DNA of 64,000 nt from an uncultured Candidatus Rokubacteria bacterium (GTDB taxonomy: Bacteria; Methylomirabilota; Methylomirabilia; Rokubacteriales; CSP1-6). Shown here in pieces: positions 1-9,262 of the stretch. How positions within the stretch are numbered: position 1 is the first letter of the stretch; the number at the start of each line of letters is the position of its first letter. The notes under the pieces are model-generated. The model was not told the origin of the DNA. It was given only the letters and a program-made list of their open reading frames with translations, and ran no database searches. The position numbers were made by a program, and so were the translations under genes. The DNA lies in NCBI GenBank assembly GCA_963771355.1, contig CAVYTA010000005.1, positions 192,001-256,000 of the forward strand, written 5' to 3'.

Positions 1-2
1 CG

Positions 3-1001
3 CACAGCGCGGGCGGCTCCAGCGGTGGCGCGGCGGCGGCGGTGGCCGGGGGCATGCTGCCCATGGCCCACGCCACCGACGGCGGCGGATCCATCCGCAT
101 CCCGGCCTCGTGCTGCGGGCTGTTCGGGCTCAAGCCCACCCGGGCCCGGAATCCCATGGGACCCGATGCGGGGGAGGGCTGGGGCGGCGCCTCGGTGGGC
201 CATGCGGTGACGCGCTCCGTGCGCGACAGCGCCGCGCTGCTCGACGTCACCGCGGGGCCCGACGTGGGCGATCCGTACTGGGCGCCGCCGCCGGCAGGGC
301 CGTTCCTCGACGAGGTCGGCCGTCCTCCCGGACGGCTGCGCATCGCGCTGGCCACCGCGTCCTGGAACGGCGCCCCGGTGGACCCCGAATGCGCCGCCGC
401 CGCTACGGACGCGGCGCGACTCTGCGAGTCGCTGGGCCATCACGTGGAGGAAGCGCGTCCCGACTTCGACCGCGACGCGCTCGCCCAGGCCACCCGCCTC
501 ATCATCGGCGCCAACGTGCGGGCGGCCCTGGAGGCCGGCGCGAGGGCGCGCGGGCGGCCGCTCGAGGCCGGTGACGTCGAGCGCGTGACCTGGGAGTTCG
601 CGGCCGTGGGCGGCGCCCACACCGCCGCCGACTACGCGCGCTCGATCGGCGTGGTGCACCGGACGGGCCGCGCGGTGGGGCGCTTCTTCACCCGGCACGA
701 CATCATCCTGTCACCGACCATGTGCCAGCCCCCCTTTCCCCTCGGTGTGCTCGACATGTCGAGCGCCGACACGGACGCCTACCTGGCCGCCGTGCTCGCC
801 TCCATCGGCTTCACCGCGCTCTTCAACTCGTCCGGCAACCCGGCGATGTCGGTGCCGCTGGCCTGGTCGCGAGGCGGGCTGCCTCTCGGCGTCCAGTTCG
901 CGGCGCCCTTCGGGGGCGAGGCTCTCCTCTTCCGCCTGGGCGGCCAGCTCGAGGCGGCGCGGCCGTGGGCGGCGCGCCGTCCCGCGAATCTCGCCACCTG
1001 A
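3..1001 (+). CDS. Amidase signature family protein (5' truncated by window edge)
   Basis: Frame open from position 3: [14 protein letters not shown]...[21 protein letters not shown], the amidase signature; C-terminal GLPLGVQF. Confidence 0.93.
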   Translation, partial: HSAGGSSGGAAAAVAGGMLPMAHATDGGGSIRIPASCCGLFGLKPTRARNPMGPDAGEGWGGASVGHAVTRSVRDSAALLDVTAGPDVGDPYWAPPPAGPFLDEVGRPPGRLRIALATASWNGAPVDPECAAAATDAARLCESLGHHVEEARPDFDRDALAQATRLIIGANVRAALEAGARARGRPLEAGDVERVTWEFAAVGGAHTAADYARSIGVVHRTGRAVGRFFTRHDIILSPTMCQPPFPLGVLDMSSADTDAYLAAVLASIGFTALFNSSGNPAMSVPLAWSRGGLPLGVQFAAPFGGEALLFRLGGQLEAARPWAARRPANLAT

Positions 1002-1026
1002 ATCACTTTCGCGAAAGGACACCACC

Positions 1027-2310
1027 ATGATGCGATCGCTTCGGCTCCACCTCCTGGTCGCGCTGCTCTGCCTCATCACGGCGGGCCTGGCCCAGGCCCA
1101 GAGCCTGCCCCAGGTCAAGCCCGAGCAGGTGGGGCTGTCCTCCGAGCGGCTCGGCCGCATCACCGCCATCCTCAAGGCCGACGCGGACAAGGGGACGATT
1201 CCCGGCGCCATCCTGCTGGTGGCGCGCCACGGCAAGATCGCGGCCTTCGACACCGTCGGCGTGCGCGATCCCGGGTCCAAGGCGCCCATGACCAAGGACG
1301 CCATCTTCCGCATCTACTCGATGAGCAAGCCCATCACCTCCGTGGCCACCATGATCCTCTTCGAGGAGGGCAAGCTCTCGCTGGCCGATCCGGTGGCGAA
1401 GTACATCCCCCAGCTCGGAGGGCTGAAGGTCGGCGTCGAGAAGGCGGATGGAAGCGGCGGCACGCCCACCCTCGAGCTGGTGGCGGCCCGGCGTACGATG
1501 ACGGTGCAGGACCTCCTCCGCCACACCTCCGGCCTGACCTATGGCTTCTTCGGCTCCGGATCCGTGAAGAAGGCCTACGTCGACTCGAAGCTCTGGGTGG
1601 ACTATCCCTCCAACGCGGAGTTCGTGGACCGCATCGCCAAGCTGCCGCTGGCCTACGAGCCCGGCACCACCTGGGACTACAGCCACTCGACGGACGTGCT
1701 GGGGCGGCTCATCGAGGTGGTGTCCGGCAAGACCCTCTACGAGTTCGAGAAGGCGCGCATCCTGGACCCGCTGGGCATGAAGGACACATCCTTCTACGTG
1801 ACCGACAAAGCCAAGCAGGATCGCATCGCCGAGCCCTTCCCCAATGACCGCAGCATCGGCGTGGAGGCGGAGTTCAACGACCCCCGTATGGTCCAGAAGT
1901 GGGAGTCGGGCGGCGGCGGCATGGTGGGCACCGCCATGGACTACGCGCGCTTTCTCCAGATGCTGCTCAATGGCGGCACCCTCGACGGCAAGCGCATCGT
2001 CGGCCCCAAGACGGTGGCGTACATGACCGCCGATCACATGGGCGCGGTCGCACCGGGTGCGCTCTACCTGCCCGGCGCCGGCTTCGGCTTCGGTCTGGGC
2101 TTCGCGGTGCGGAAGGACGCAGGCGTGTCGCCCTTTCCCGGCTCGGTGGGGGAGTACAACTGGGGCGGGGCGGGCGGCACGTACTTCTGGGTGGACCCGA
2201 AGGAGAACATGTTCGTGGTCTTCATGATGCAGTCGCCCAAGCAGCGCGTGTACTACCGGGCGCTCCTCAAGGACATGATCTACGCGGCGGTGGACAAGCC
2301 CGCGCGCTGA
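1027..2310 (+). CDS. Serine hydrolase, beta-lactamase class C/esterase family VIII, with signal peptide
   Basis: FRIYSMSK (SxxK), LLRHTSG, WDYS, WGGAGGT motifs; AAGGA SD upstream; hydrophobic N-terminus. Confidence 0.9.
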   Translation: MMRSLRLHLLVALLCLITAGLAQAQSLPQVKPEQVGLSSERLGRITAILKADADKGTIPGAILLVARHGKIAAFDTVGVRDPGSKAPMTKDAIFRIYSMSKPITSVATMILFEEGKLSLADPVAKYIPQLGGLKVGVEKADGSGGTPTLELVAARRTMTVQDLLRHTSGLTYGFFGSGSVKKAYVDSKLWVDYPSNAEFVDRIAKLPLAYEPGTTWDYSHSTDVLGRLIEVVSGKTLYEFEKARILDPLGMKDTSFYVTDKAKQDRIAEPFPNDRSIGVEAEFNDPRMVQKWESGGGGMVGTAMDYARFLQMLLNGGTLDGKRIVGPKTVAYMTADHMGAVAPGALYLPGAGFGFGLGFAVRKDAGVSPFPGSVGEYNWGGAGGTYFWVDPKENMFVVFMMQSPKQRVYYRALLKDMIYAAVDKPAR

Positions 2311-2381
2311 CGCCGCCGGCAACGGCAGGGGAGGCGGACCCAGGGCCTCCCTGCCGTTGACGCCGCCGGAACGGTGCTAGG

Positions 2382-3509
2382 ATGGCCGGCATGCCGGACC
2401 CGCGGCCACCGTTCCGCGCCGACCATGTCGGCAGCCTCCTGCGGCCGCCCGCGCTGAAGGCGCTCCGCCTCGAGCGCGAGGCCGGGCACGCCACTCCCGA
2501 CGCCCTCCGCGCCGCCGAGGACGCGGCCATCCGCGACGCGGTCGCGCTTCAGGAAGGCGTGGGACTCCAGGGCATCACCGACGGCGAGATGCGCCGGAAG
2601 TCCTGGCACATGGACTTCCTGCTCCAGCTCGGTGGCCTGTCCAGCGAAGGCAAGTCGCTGCCGGTGACCTTCACCGGTGCCTCGGGAGAGATGTTCTTCA
2701 CGCGTCCCGATCTCTCGGTGACCGCGCGCATCACCCGGCCGCGGCCCATCTTTGTCGAGGGCTTCCGCTTCCTCCGCTCGGTGGTGGGGCGCACCGCCAA
2801 GCTCACTCTCCCGTCCCCGTCCATGCTCTACACCCAAGTCGGGAGGGCGAACGTTGATCGGAACGTCTATCGCAGTCTCGACGGTTTCGCCGAGGACACC
2901 GTCGCCGCCTATCGCGCGGAGATCGCCGACCTCTACGCGGCGGGCTGCCGCTATCTCCAGCTCGATGACGTGAGCCTGGCCTATCTCTGCGATGAGTCGA
3001 TGCGCGAGCAGGGACGCCAGCGGGGTGACGATCCCGACGCGCAGCTCGCGCTATCCGTCAAGATGGTCCAGGGCGTGCTGCGCGACCGGCCGCCCGACCT
3101 CACCGTCTGCACGCATCTCTGCCGCGGCAACTTCCGCTCGTCGTGGCGCGCGCAGGGCGGCTACGAGCGGGTGGCCGAGACCATCTTCACGCAGATGCCG
3201 TACGACGGCTTCTTCCTCGAGTTCGACGACGCGCGCTCGGGCGACTTCTCGCCGCTGCGCCACGTGCCGAAGGGAGTGCGGGTGGTGCTGGGGCTGGTGA
3301 CGTCGAAATCGGGCACGCTCGAGAGGAAGGACGACCTCAAGCGGCGGCTGGACGAGGCCTCGAAGTACGTCCCCCTGGACCAGCTCGGCGTGAGCCCCCA
3401 GTGCGGCTTCTCCTCGACCGTCGAGGGCAACGCAGTCGGGGTGGAGCAGCAGCGCGCCAAGCTCGCCCTCTGCGTCGAGCTGGCCCACGAGGTGTGGGGC
3501 GGGCTCTAG
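2382..3509 (+). CDS. Cobalamin-independent methionine synthase II family (MetE C-terminal-domain-only)
   Basis: RADHVGSLLRP, TDGEMRR, HLCRGN, LEFD, SPQCGFSS zinc-ligand motifs. Confidence 0.9.
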   Translation: MAGMPDPRPPFRADHVGSLLRPPALKALRLEREAGHATPDALRAAEDAAIRDAVALQEGVGLQGITDGEMRRKSWHMDFLLQLGGLSSEGKSLPVTFTGASGEMFFTRPDLSVTARITRPRPIFVEGFRFLRSVVGRTAKLTLPSPSMLYTQVGRANVDRNVYRSLDGFAEDTVAAYRAEIADLYAAGCRYLQLDDVSLAYLCDESMREQGRQRGDDPDAQLALSVKMVQGVLRDRPPDLTVCTHLCRGNFRSSWRAQGGYERVAETIFTQMPYDGFFLEFDDARSGDFSPLRHVPKGVRVVLGLVTSKSGTLERKDDLKRRLDEASKYVPLDQLGVSPQCGFSSTVEGNAVGVEQQRAKLALCVELAHEVWGGL

Positions 3510-4363
3510 CCTCCCGCGTCGGTCGCGCGCCCGAGACGGCGGAGCAGGTCCTCGGTGGCGGCGTCGGCGGGGAAGAAGCATTCCACGCGCAGCTCGTGGA
3601 GCGTGATGTCGTAGGGGACGCCGAGGCCGGCCAGCGTCGAGAAGAAGGACAGCCGCAGGTCCCCCTTGGCGAGCTCCACCGCGAGGAAGGGGGCCGTCGA
3701 CGCGTCCAGATCGACCGTCCGCCACTGGCGGGGTATGTCGGGGTAGGCCAGGAGCTCCTCGAGGAGGCGGACCGTCTCGGGATCGCCCGCGCTTCGCAGG
3801 AGGTCACGGTGAAGCCACTGGATGAGGGCGGCGGCGGTGGCCTCCCAGTTCACGATATAGGGCCGCATGCCGCGTGGGTGGCAGAAGAGGCGCATGGCGT
3901 TGGGCGGGCCCAGCGCGGCCGCCTCGGCGGGATCGAGGAAGAGGCCGACGAGCCGCTGCGCGCCCTGGTTGGTGAGCAGGATATTCCACCGGCCGTCCAC
4001 CACCAGGCCGGGGTAGGGCTCCTGCTGGCGCAGCATGAAATCGAGCGCCCGCCGGACCTGCGCCATCTCGGGCGCGTCGAGCGCCCGCTCGCGATACATG
4101 GGGGCGAAGCCGGCCGCGAGGAGCAGCTCGTTGCGGGCCCGCGGCGGGACCTCCAGGACGCGCGCCAGCAGCAAGAGCATCTCGCGGCTCGGCTGGGCGC
4201 GGCCCGTCTCGATGAAGGAGAGGTGTCGCGCGGAGACCTCGGCCTCGACGGCGAGGGCCAGCTGGCTCATCCGTTGCCGCTCCCGCCACTGGCGGAGCAG
4301 TCCCCCGACGGTGCGGCCCGCGCGCACGCGATTCACCCGCAGCCCGTCCCGTGCTCCTTGCAT
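3506..4363 (-). CDS. XRE-family HTH regulator with MmyB-like ligand-binding domain
   Basis: LRQWRERQRMSQLALAVEAEVSARHLSFIETGR HTH; QEPYPGLVVDGRWNI, LRVECFFPAD. Confidence 0.9.
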   Translation of the reverse strand: MQGARDGLRVNRVRAGRTVGGLLRQWRERQRMSQLALAVEAEVSARHLSFIETGRAQPSREMLLLLARVLEVPPRARNELLLAAGFAPMYRERALDAPEMAQVRRALDFMLRQQEPYPGLVVDGRWNILLTNQGAQRLVGLFLDPAEAAALGPPNAMRLFCHPRGMRPYIVNWEATAAALIQWLHRDLLRSAGDPETVRLLEELLAYPDIPRQWRTVDLDASTAPFLAVELAKGDLRLSFFSTLAGLGVPYDITLHELRVECFFPADAATEDLLRRLGRATDAGG

Positions 4364-4397
4364 GCCGGGAGTCTACACCGCGCGCTGAATGTGGGAC

Positions 4398-4414
4398 ATT
4401 ACCTCGGAGGTAAT
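4398..4414. promoter_or_regulatory. Perfect palindromic operator ATTACCTC-G-GAGGTAAT
   Basis: Perfect 8-bp inverted repeat, AT-rich in a GC-rich background, between the divergent XRE regulator and the thioesterase operon. Confidence 0.7.
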
Positions 4415-4476
4415 TGAAGCGGGGCCGCTCCCCGGCCACGATGTGGACCACCACTGACGCCCAAGGAGGCTTCCTG

Positions 4477-4887
4477 ATGACCGGTAGCGGCCTGGATCCT
4501 GCGCTGATGACGGAGCGGTGGAAGGGGACCCTGGGGGAGCATCTCGGCATCGAGTTCGTCGAGACGGCGCCGGACCGGGTGCGCGCCCGGCTCCCGATTC
4601 GCGACGCGCTCCGTACCGTCGGCGGCGCCTTGCACGGCGGCACCCTCATGGCCTTTGCCGACACGGTGGGCGCGGTGGCCACCGTGCTCAACCTGCCCGA
4701 GGGCGCGACCACCACCACGCTCGAGTCCAAGACCAATTTCTTCGCCGCCGGCCGCTCCGGCGCCGCGCATGCCGAGTCCACGCCGCTCCATCGCGGCAAG
4801 CGGACCCAGGTCTGGCAGACGCGCGTGACCGACGACGGCGGCCGGCTGCTCTCGCTCACCATCCAGACCCAGATGGTACTCACGTGA
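4477..4887 (+). CDS. PaaI/hotdog-fold thioesterase
   Basis: GALHGGTLMAFADTVGA, LESKTNFF, HRGKRTQVW; AAGGAGG SD. Confidence 0.9.
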   Translation: MTGSGLDPALMTERWKGTLGEHLGIEFVETAPDRVRARLPIRDALRTVGGALHGGTLMAFADTVGAVATVLNLPEGATTTTLESKTNFFAAGRSGAAHAESTPLHRGKRTQVWQTRVTDDGGRLLSLTIQTQMVLT

Positions 4888-5873
4888 CCGGCGCGCCCGC
4901 GCCCCTCCGCGTCGCCTTCGTGGGCGGCTTCGCGGCATGCTTCGTCGAGCCGGTGCGCGCGCGCCTGACCACGGCGTGCGAGCTCGTGCTGGCGGACGAG
5001 CGAGACATCGTGGCGCGGCTGCCCGAGGTGGACGTGCTCGTCGGCATGACCTTCACCCCCGCCATGGGAGCCGCGGCCACCCGGCTCCGTCTCGTCCAGG
5101 TGCCCGGCGCGGGGACGGACCGCATCGATTCCGCCGCGCTGCCGGCCGGCGCGTCCCTCGCCAATGCCTACGGGCACGAAGCCGGCATCGCGGAGTACGT
5201 CCTGGGCGCCATGCTGACCCTGAACCGCGGCTTCGGCCGGCTCGACGCGAGCCTGCGCCAGGGCCGCTGGGAGGCGGCCTGGTCGCATGATGCCCCGCCG
5301 CCGCCGACCGCGCCCGAGCTGGCCGGCAAGACGCTCGGCATCCTCGGCTATGGCCGCATCGGACGGGCAGTGGCGCGCCGCGCCCGCGCCTTCGACATGG
5401 AGATCCACGCCATCCGGCGTGAGCCTCGCGGCACCAGCGCCGAGGGCCTGACCGTTCTGGGTGGGCCCGAGGCGCTGGATGACCTGCTGCGCGCGTCGGA
5501 CTACCTGGCCATCACCCTGACGCTCACCCCGGAGACGCGCGGCCTGCTGGGCGCGCGCGAGCTCGGCCTCCTGAAGCGGAGCGCCGTGATCGTCAACGTG
5601 GCCCGGGGCGAGGTCCTCGACGAGGACGCGCTCTACCAGGCCCTCGCCGACGGGACCATTGCCGGTGCCGCGCTCGACGTCTGGTATCGCTATCCCACCG
5701 CGCCGGGCCCCACCTTGCCCGGCCGCCGGCCCTTCCACGAGCTGCCCAATGTCTTGATGACGCCCCATGTCTCGGGCTGGACCGAGGGCATGCTGGCCGC
5801 GCGCGCCGACGTCATCGCGGGCAATATCGCGCGCGTGGCACGAGGTGAGCCGCCGCTCAACCGGGTCCCGTGA
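4884..5873 (+). CDS. D-isomer-specific 2-hydroxyacid dehydrogenase
   Basis: GILGYGRIG, VNVARGE, ALDVW, TPHVSGWT; GTGA overlap with the upstream gene. Confidence 0.9.
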   Translation: MTGAPAPLRVAFVGGFAACFVEPVRARLTTACELVLADERDIVARLPEVDVLVGMTFTPAMGAAATRLRLVQVPGAGTDRIDSAALPAGASLANAYGHEAGIAEYVLGAMLTLNRGFGRLDASLRQGRWEAAWSHDAPPPPTAPELAGKTLGILGYGRIGRAVARRARAFDMEIHAIRREPRGTSAEGLTVLGGPEALDDLLRASDYLAITLTLTPETRGLLGARELGLLKRSAVIVNVARGEVLDEDALYQALADGTIAGAALDVWYRYPTAPGPTLPGRRPFHELPNVLMTPHVSGWTEGMLAARADVIAGNIARVARGEPPLNRVP

Positions 5874-5920
5874 CGCGGTAACGTTCGGCGCTGCGCCGAC
5901 GCGGAGGCTATACTGTCGGC

Positions 5921-7159
5921 GTGCCGATCGCCGTTCTGGGCGCGGGAATGCAAGGCACCTGCATCGCGCTCGAGCTGGCCCGTCGTGGGTTCGACGTCGA
6001 TCTCCTCGATCAGGACCTCGAGCCCCTCAATCGCGCCAGCCTGCGGAACGAAGGCAAGATCCACCTCGGCTTCGTGTACGCGAGGGACGCGACGCTTCGT
6101 ACTGCCCGGTTGATGATCGAGGGCGCGCTCGCCTACCGCCGTCTGCTCTCCGAATGGACGGCGGGGGCGCTGGACCATCCGGTCCTTTCGGAGCCCTTCA
6201 CTTATCTGGTCCCGGAAGACTCGGCCCTGCCGCCCGCCGAGCTGGCGGCCCACTATGCCGCCGTGGAGCGGCTGTACGAGGACGGCGTGCGGGCCGGCGG
6301 CGACTACCTCGGATTGGCGCCCGACCGGCTCTGGCGCCCGCTCGACCGGGGCGACTACTCGGCATTTGCCGCCGCCGAGCATGTGCAGGCCGGCTTCGCC
6401 ACCGCCGAGGTCTCGGTGGATCTCCGCGAAACCGCGGCGGTGCTCCGGCGCGTCCTCTCGGCGCATTCCCGGATCCGTCTGCTCCTGGGCAAGCGCGTCC
6501 GGCAGGTCGTCCGCACGAGCGCGGGCTTCCGCGTCGAGGGGGACGCGGCGGGGGCGGAACACTGGAGCCTGGACTGTGACCAGGTCGTGAACGCTCTCTG
6601 GGACGGGCGGCTCAACATCGATCGTGGGCTCGGCCTCCTGCCCACGCGCCCCTGGGTGCATCGGCTGAAGTACCGGGTGATGGTGGCACGGCCGGACCGT
6701 CTCCGCCAAATGCCGTCCCTGTCCTTCGTCCTGGGTCCGTATGGCGACGTCGCGGCCTACCCCGGCGGCGAGGCCTATGTCTCGTGGTATCCGGAATGTC
6801 TCCGCGGCTGGAGCACCGAGGTGGAGCCGCCGGTGGACTGGGCCGCCGCGTGCACGGGCCGCCTGCCGCCGGGCGAGCAGCTCGCCATCGGACGACGGGT
6901 CCTCGACGCCTTCGACCGGCTCGTGCCCGGCCTCGCGGGCGCCGATGTGCGGACCGTCGATGCCGGGGTCATCTTCAGCTGGGGGCAAACCGACATCACG
7001 GACCCCGCGAGCGTACTGCACCGCCGCGACGAGACGGGAGTCGAGTCCGCCGACGGGTACCATTCGGTGAATACCGGCAAGCTCACCACCGCGCCGCTCT
7101 TCGCAGTGGACGCGGCCGACCGGGTGGCGGGCCGGGTCGTGGCCCCGCGGAGCTCCTAG
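5921..7159 (+). CDS. FAD-dependent oxidoreductase (DAO-like), substrate unknown
   Basis: IAVLGAGMQG Rossmann motif, ASLRNEGKIHLG, GKLTTAP. Confidence 0.8.
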   Translation: MPIAVLGAGMQGTCIALELARRGFDVDLLDQDLEPLNRASLRNEGKIHLGFVYARDATLRTARLMIEGALAYRRLLSEWTAGALDHPVLSEPFTYLVPEDSALPPAELAAHYAAVERLYEDGVRAGGDYLGLAPDRLWRPLDRGDYSAFAAAEHVQAGFATAEVSVDLRETAAVLRRVLSAHSRIRLLLGKRVRQVVRTSAGFRVEGDAAGAEHWSLDCDQVVNALWDGRLNIDRGLGLLPTRPWVHRLKYRVMVARPDRLRQMPSLSFVLGPYGDVAAYPGGEAYVSWYPECLRGWSTEVEPPVDWAAACTGRLPPGEQLAIGRRVLDAFDRLVPGLAGADVRTVDAGVIFSWGQTDITDPASVLHRRDETGVESADGYHSVNTGKLTTAPLFAVDAADRVAGRVVAPRSS

Positions 7160-7168
7160 GACCCGGGC

Positions 7169-8149
7169 ATGGATTCGATCGGCCCGTCCGCGACTCGCCG
7201 CGTGCCCAAGGTGGTCATCGGGCTTCCGGTCCACAATTCCGAGCGCTTCCTGCAGGAGACGCTCGAGTCGGTCGCGGCGCAGGACCATCCCAACCTCGAG
7301 ATCGTCATCTCCGACGACGCGTCGTCGGATGGGACACCGGATATCTGCCATGCCTACGCCCGCCGGGACGCCCGGTGCCGCGTCGAGCGACACGCCCAGC
7401 GCATGGGATGGATCGCGAACTACAACTCACTCCTCCGGCACTCCACCGGGGACTATTTCCTGTGGGTGCCGCACGACGACGTCTACGATCCGGCCTATGT
7501 GGGGACCCTCGTCGCCCTCCTGGAGGCACGGCCAGACGCGGTGCTTGCGTACGCCACCACGCTGGCCATCGACGAGCACGGGAGCGTCCTCCGCCGCTTC
7601 GCGGGACATGCGGCCCTACACCGCGCCACCACGCCACTCCAGCGGGGGCTCCGCTATCTCTGGTGGACGGAGAACGAGAAATTCATTCCCTTCCGCGGGG
7701 TGGTCCGGAGCGGAGCGATCCGGGCGGTGGGCGGCCTCGAGCCCGGGCCGTGGGGCGTCTACGCCGACGACCTGTGGCTGTTCCGCCTGGCGCTGCTGGG
7801 GAGCTTTGTCCACGAGGCCCGCCCGCTCTGCCGAAAGCGGTACTACCGGGGCAGCGTCTCCACGCTGAACCGGTACACGCTCGGTCAGCGCATGGCCTAC
7901 CTCGCCGCCCATCGAGCTCTCGCGCGCCGCGCGCGGCTCACCCGGCGTGACCAGGCCGTCTTGCTGACAGCGATCGCCCTTCGCCAGGCAGGCCTTGCCG
8001 CGGGGTGGCTGCTCCGTCGGTCCCGGCGTGGCGTGGATCGGTTTCTCCCCACCGATCGCCTGGAATGGTATATCTCGCCGGCCGAGCTCCCGCGGCGCCT
8101 TCGGAACCTCGCGCGCCGGGTGCGGCGCCTCGGGCCGCCCGGGCCGTAG
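7169..8149 (+). CDS. Glycosyltransferase family 2
   Basis: IGLPVHNSERFL, ISDDASSDGT, WVPHDD. Confidence 0.88.
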   Translation: MDSIGPSATRRVPKVVIGLPVHNSERFLQETLESVAAQDHPNLEIVISDDASSDGTPDICHAYARRDARCRVERHAQRMGWIANYNSLLRHSTGDYFLWVPHDDVYDPAYVGTLVALLEARPDAVLAYATTLAIDEHGSVLRRFAGHAALHRATTPLQRGLRYLWWTENEKFIPFRGVVRSGAIRAVGGLEPGPWGVYADDLWLFRLALLGSFVHEARPLCRKRYYRGSVSTLNRYTLGQRMAYLAAHRALARRARLTRRDQAVLLTAIALRQAGLAAGWLLRRSRRGVDRFLPTDRLEWYISPAELPRRLRNLARRVRRLGPPGP

Positions 8150-8192
8150 GAGCCCTTGCCTGTTGGGGGCGCAGGCCCTAATGTGTGGCCCC

Positions 8193-9041
8193 ATGGGATC
8201 GCTCGACGGGAAAGTGATCGTGGTCACGGGAGCCAGCCGCGGCATCGGCGCCGACATCGCGAGGCTCTTCGCCGCCGAGGGCGGCCGCGTGGTGTGCGCG
8301 GCCCGGACGCTTCGCGAGGGGGATCATCCCCTGGAGGGCTCGCTCGAGCACACGGTGAGCGAGATCCGCGGGGTCGGAGGCGAGGCCACCGCGGTGGCGG
8401 TCGACATCTCCGAGCCCGCCGAATGCGAGCGTCTGCTCGAGGCGGCGCGGAAGGCCTATGGCCCGGTGGACGTGCTCGTCAACAATGCCGCGCTGACCTA
8501 CTTCATCCCGGTCCAGGACTATCCCGTCAACAAGTGGCTGCGCTCCTGGGCGGTGAACGTGCACGCGCCCTTCATCCTGAGCAAGCTCGTCCTCTCGGAC
8601 ATGGTGCCGCGCCGCCGGGGGAGCATCGTGAACATCTCCTCGGGCTCGGCCATCGGACCCGGTCGCGGGCCGTACCCGGAGCCGGAGCGCTATAGCGGAG
8701 GCACCTGCTATGGCGCGGAAAAGGCGGCGCTGGAGCGCTTCACCCAGGGGCTGGCCCGCGAGGTCTATCCCCACGGGATCTCCGTCACCGCGCTGTCGCC
8801 GTCCCAGGTCGTGCCCACGCCGGGCACGGTGCATCACAAGCTCGTGCGCGGCATGGACGACCCGCGGGGCGAGCCGCCCATCCTGATGGCGCGCGCAAGC
8901 TTGCTGCTCGCCACGCTCCCGTGCGAGCAGATCACCGGGCGGGTGACCTATAGCCAGGAAATCCTCAAGGAGCATGGCTGGATCACGGACGCCCGCGGGC
9001 GGGGCGTGGACTCCAAGGGCAGCGGCTACTCCCAGATCTAG
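8193..9041 (+). CDS. Short-chain dehydrogenase/reductase
   Basis: TGASRGIG, LVNNAA, YGAEK. Confidence 0.9.
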   Translation: MGSLDGKVIVVTGASRGIGADIARLFAAEGGRVVCAARTLREGDHPLEGSLEHTVSEIRGVGGEATAVAVDISEPAECERLLEAARKAYGPVDVLVNNAALTYFIPVQDYPVNKWLRSWAVNVHAPFILSKLVLSDMVPRRRGSIVNISSGSAIGPGRGPYPEPERYSGGTCYGAEKAALERFTQGLAREVYPHGISVTALSPSQVVPTPGTVHHKLVRGMDDPRGEPPILMARASLLLATLPCEQITGRVTYSQEILKEHGWITDARGRGVDSKGSGYSQI

Positions 9042-9119
9042 CGGCCGGGCTCCCGGTCGATCCAGACGTCCTGCAGGCTCCCGAAGATGTCGATGCGCAC
9101 CGAGCTGCCGGTGAAGTTC
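9038..9119 (-). pseudogene. Possible C-terminal remnant of a family-5 ABC solute-binding protein gene
   Basis: Reads NFTGSSVRIDIFGSLQDVWIDREPGR*, resembling the ...RLQDTWLDK* end of 17555-19168; stop overlaps the SDR stop (CTAG); no start codon. Confidence 0.4.
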
Positions 9120-9149
9120 GCCGGAGAGCCCGCCGGAGAGACGTTAACA

Positions 9150-9181
9150 TTGACATAGTAAATTTGTTAGGTGTATCTAAC
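9150..9181 (+). promoter_or_regulatory. Sigma70-like promoter overlapped by a DtxR/IdeR/MntR-like palindrome GTTAG-GTGTAT-CTAAC
   Basis: TTGACA at 9150-9155; inverted repeat at 9166-9181 upstream of an iron permease. Confidence 0.6.
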
Positions 9182-9262
9182 CAACATGCACGACGTCATC
9201 CGGCTGCTCGCCGAAGGCGGCCCGGCTCGCGTCCTTCTTGGCGCCGACCCGCGAGAGCCGCG

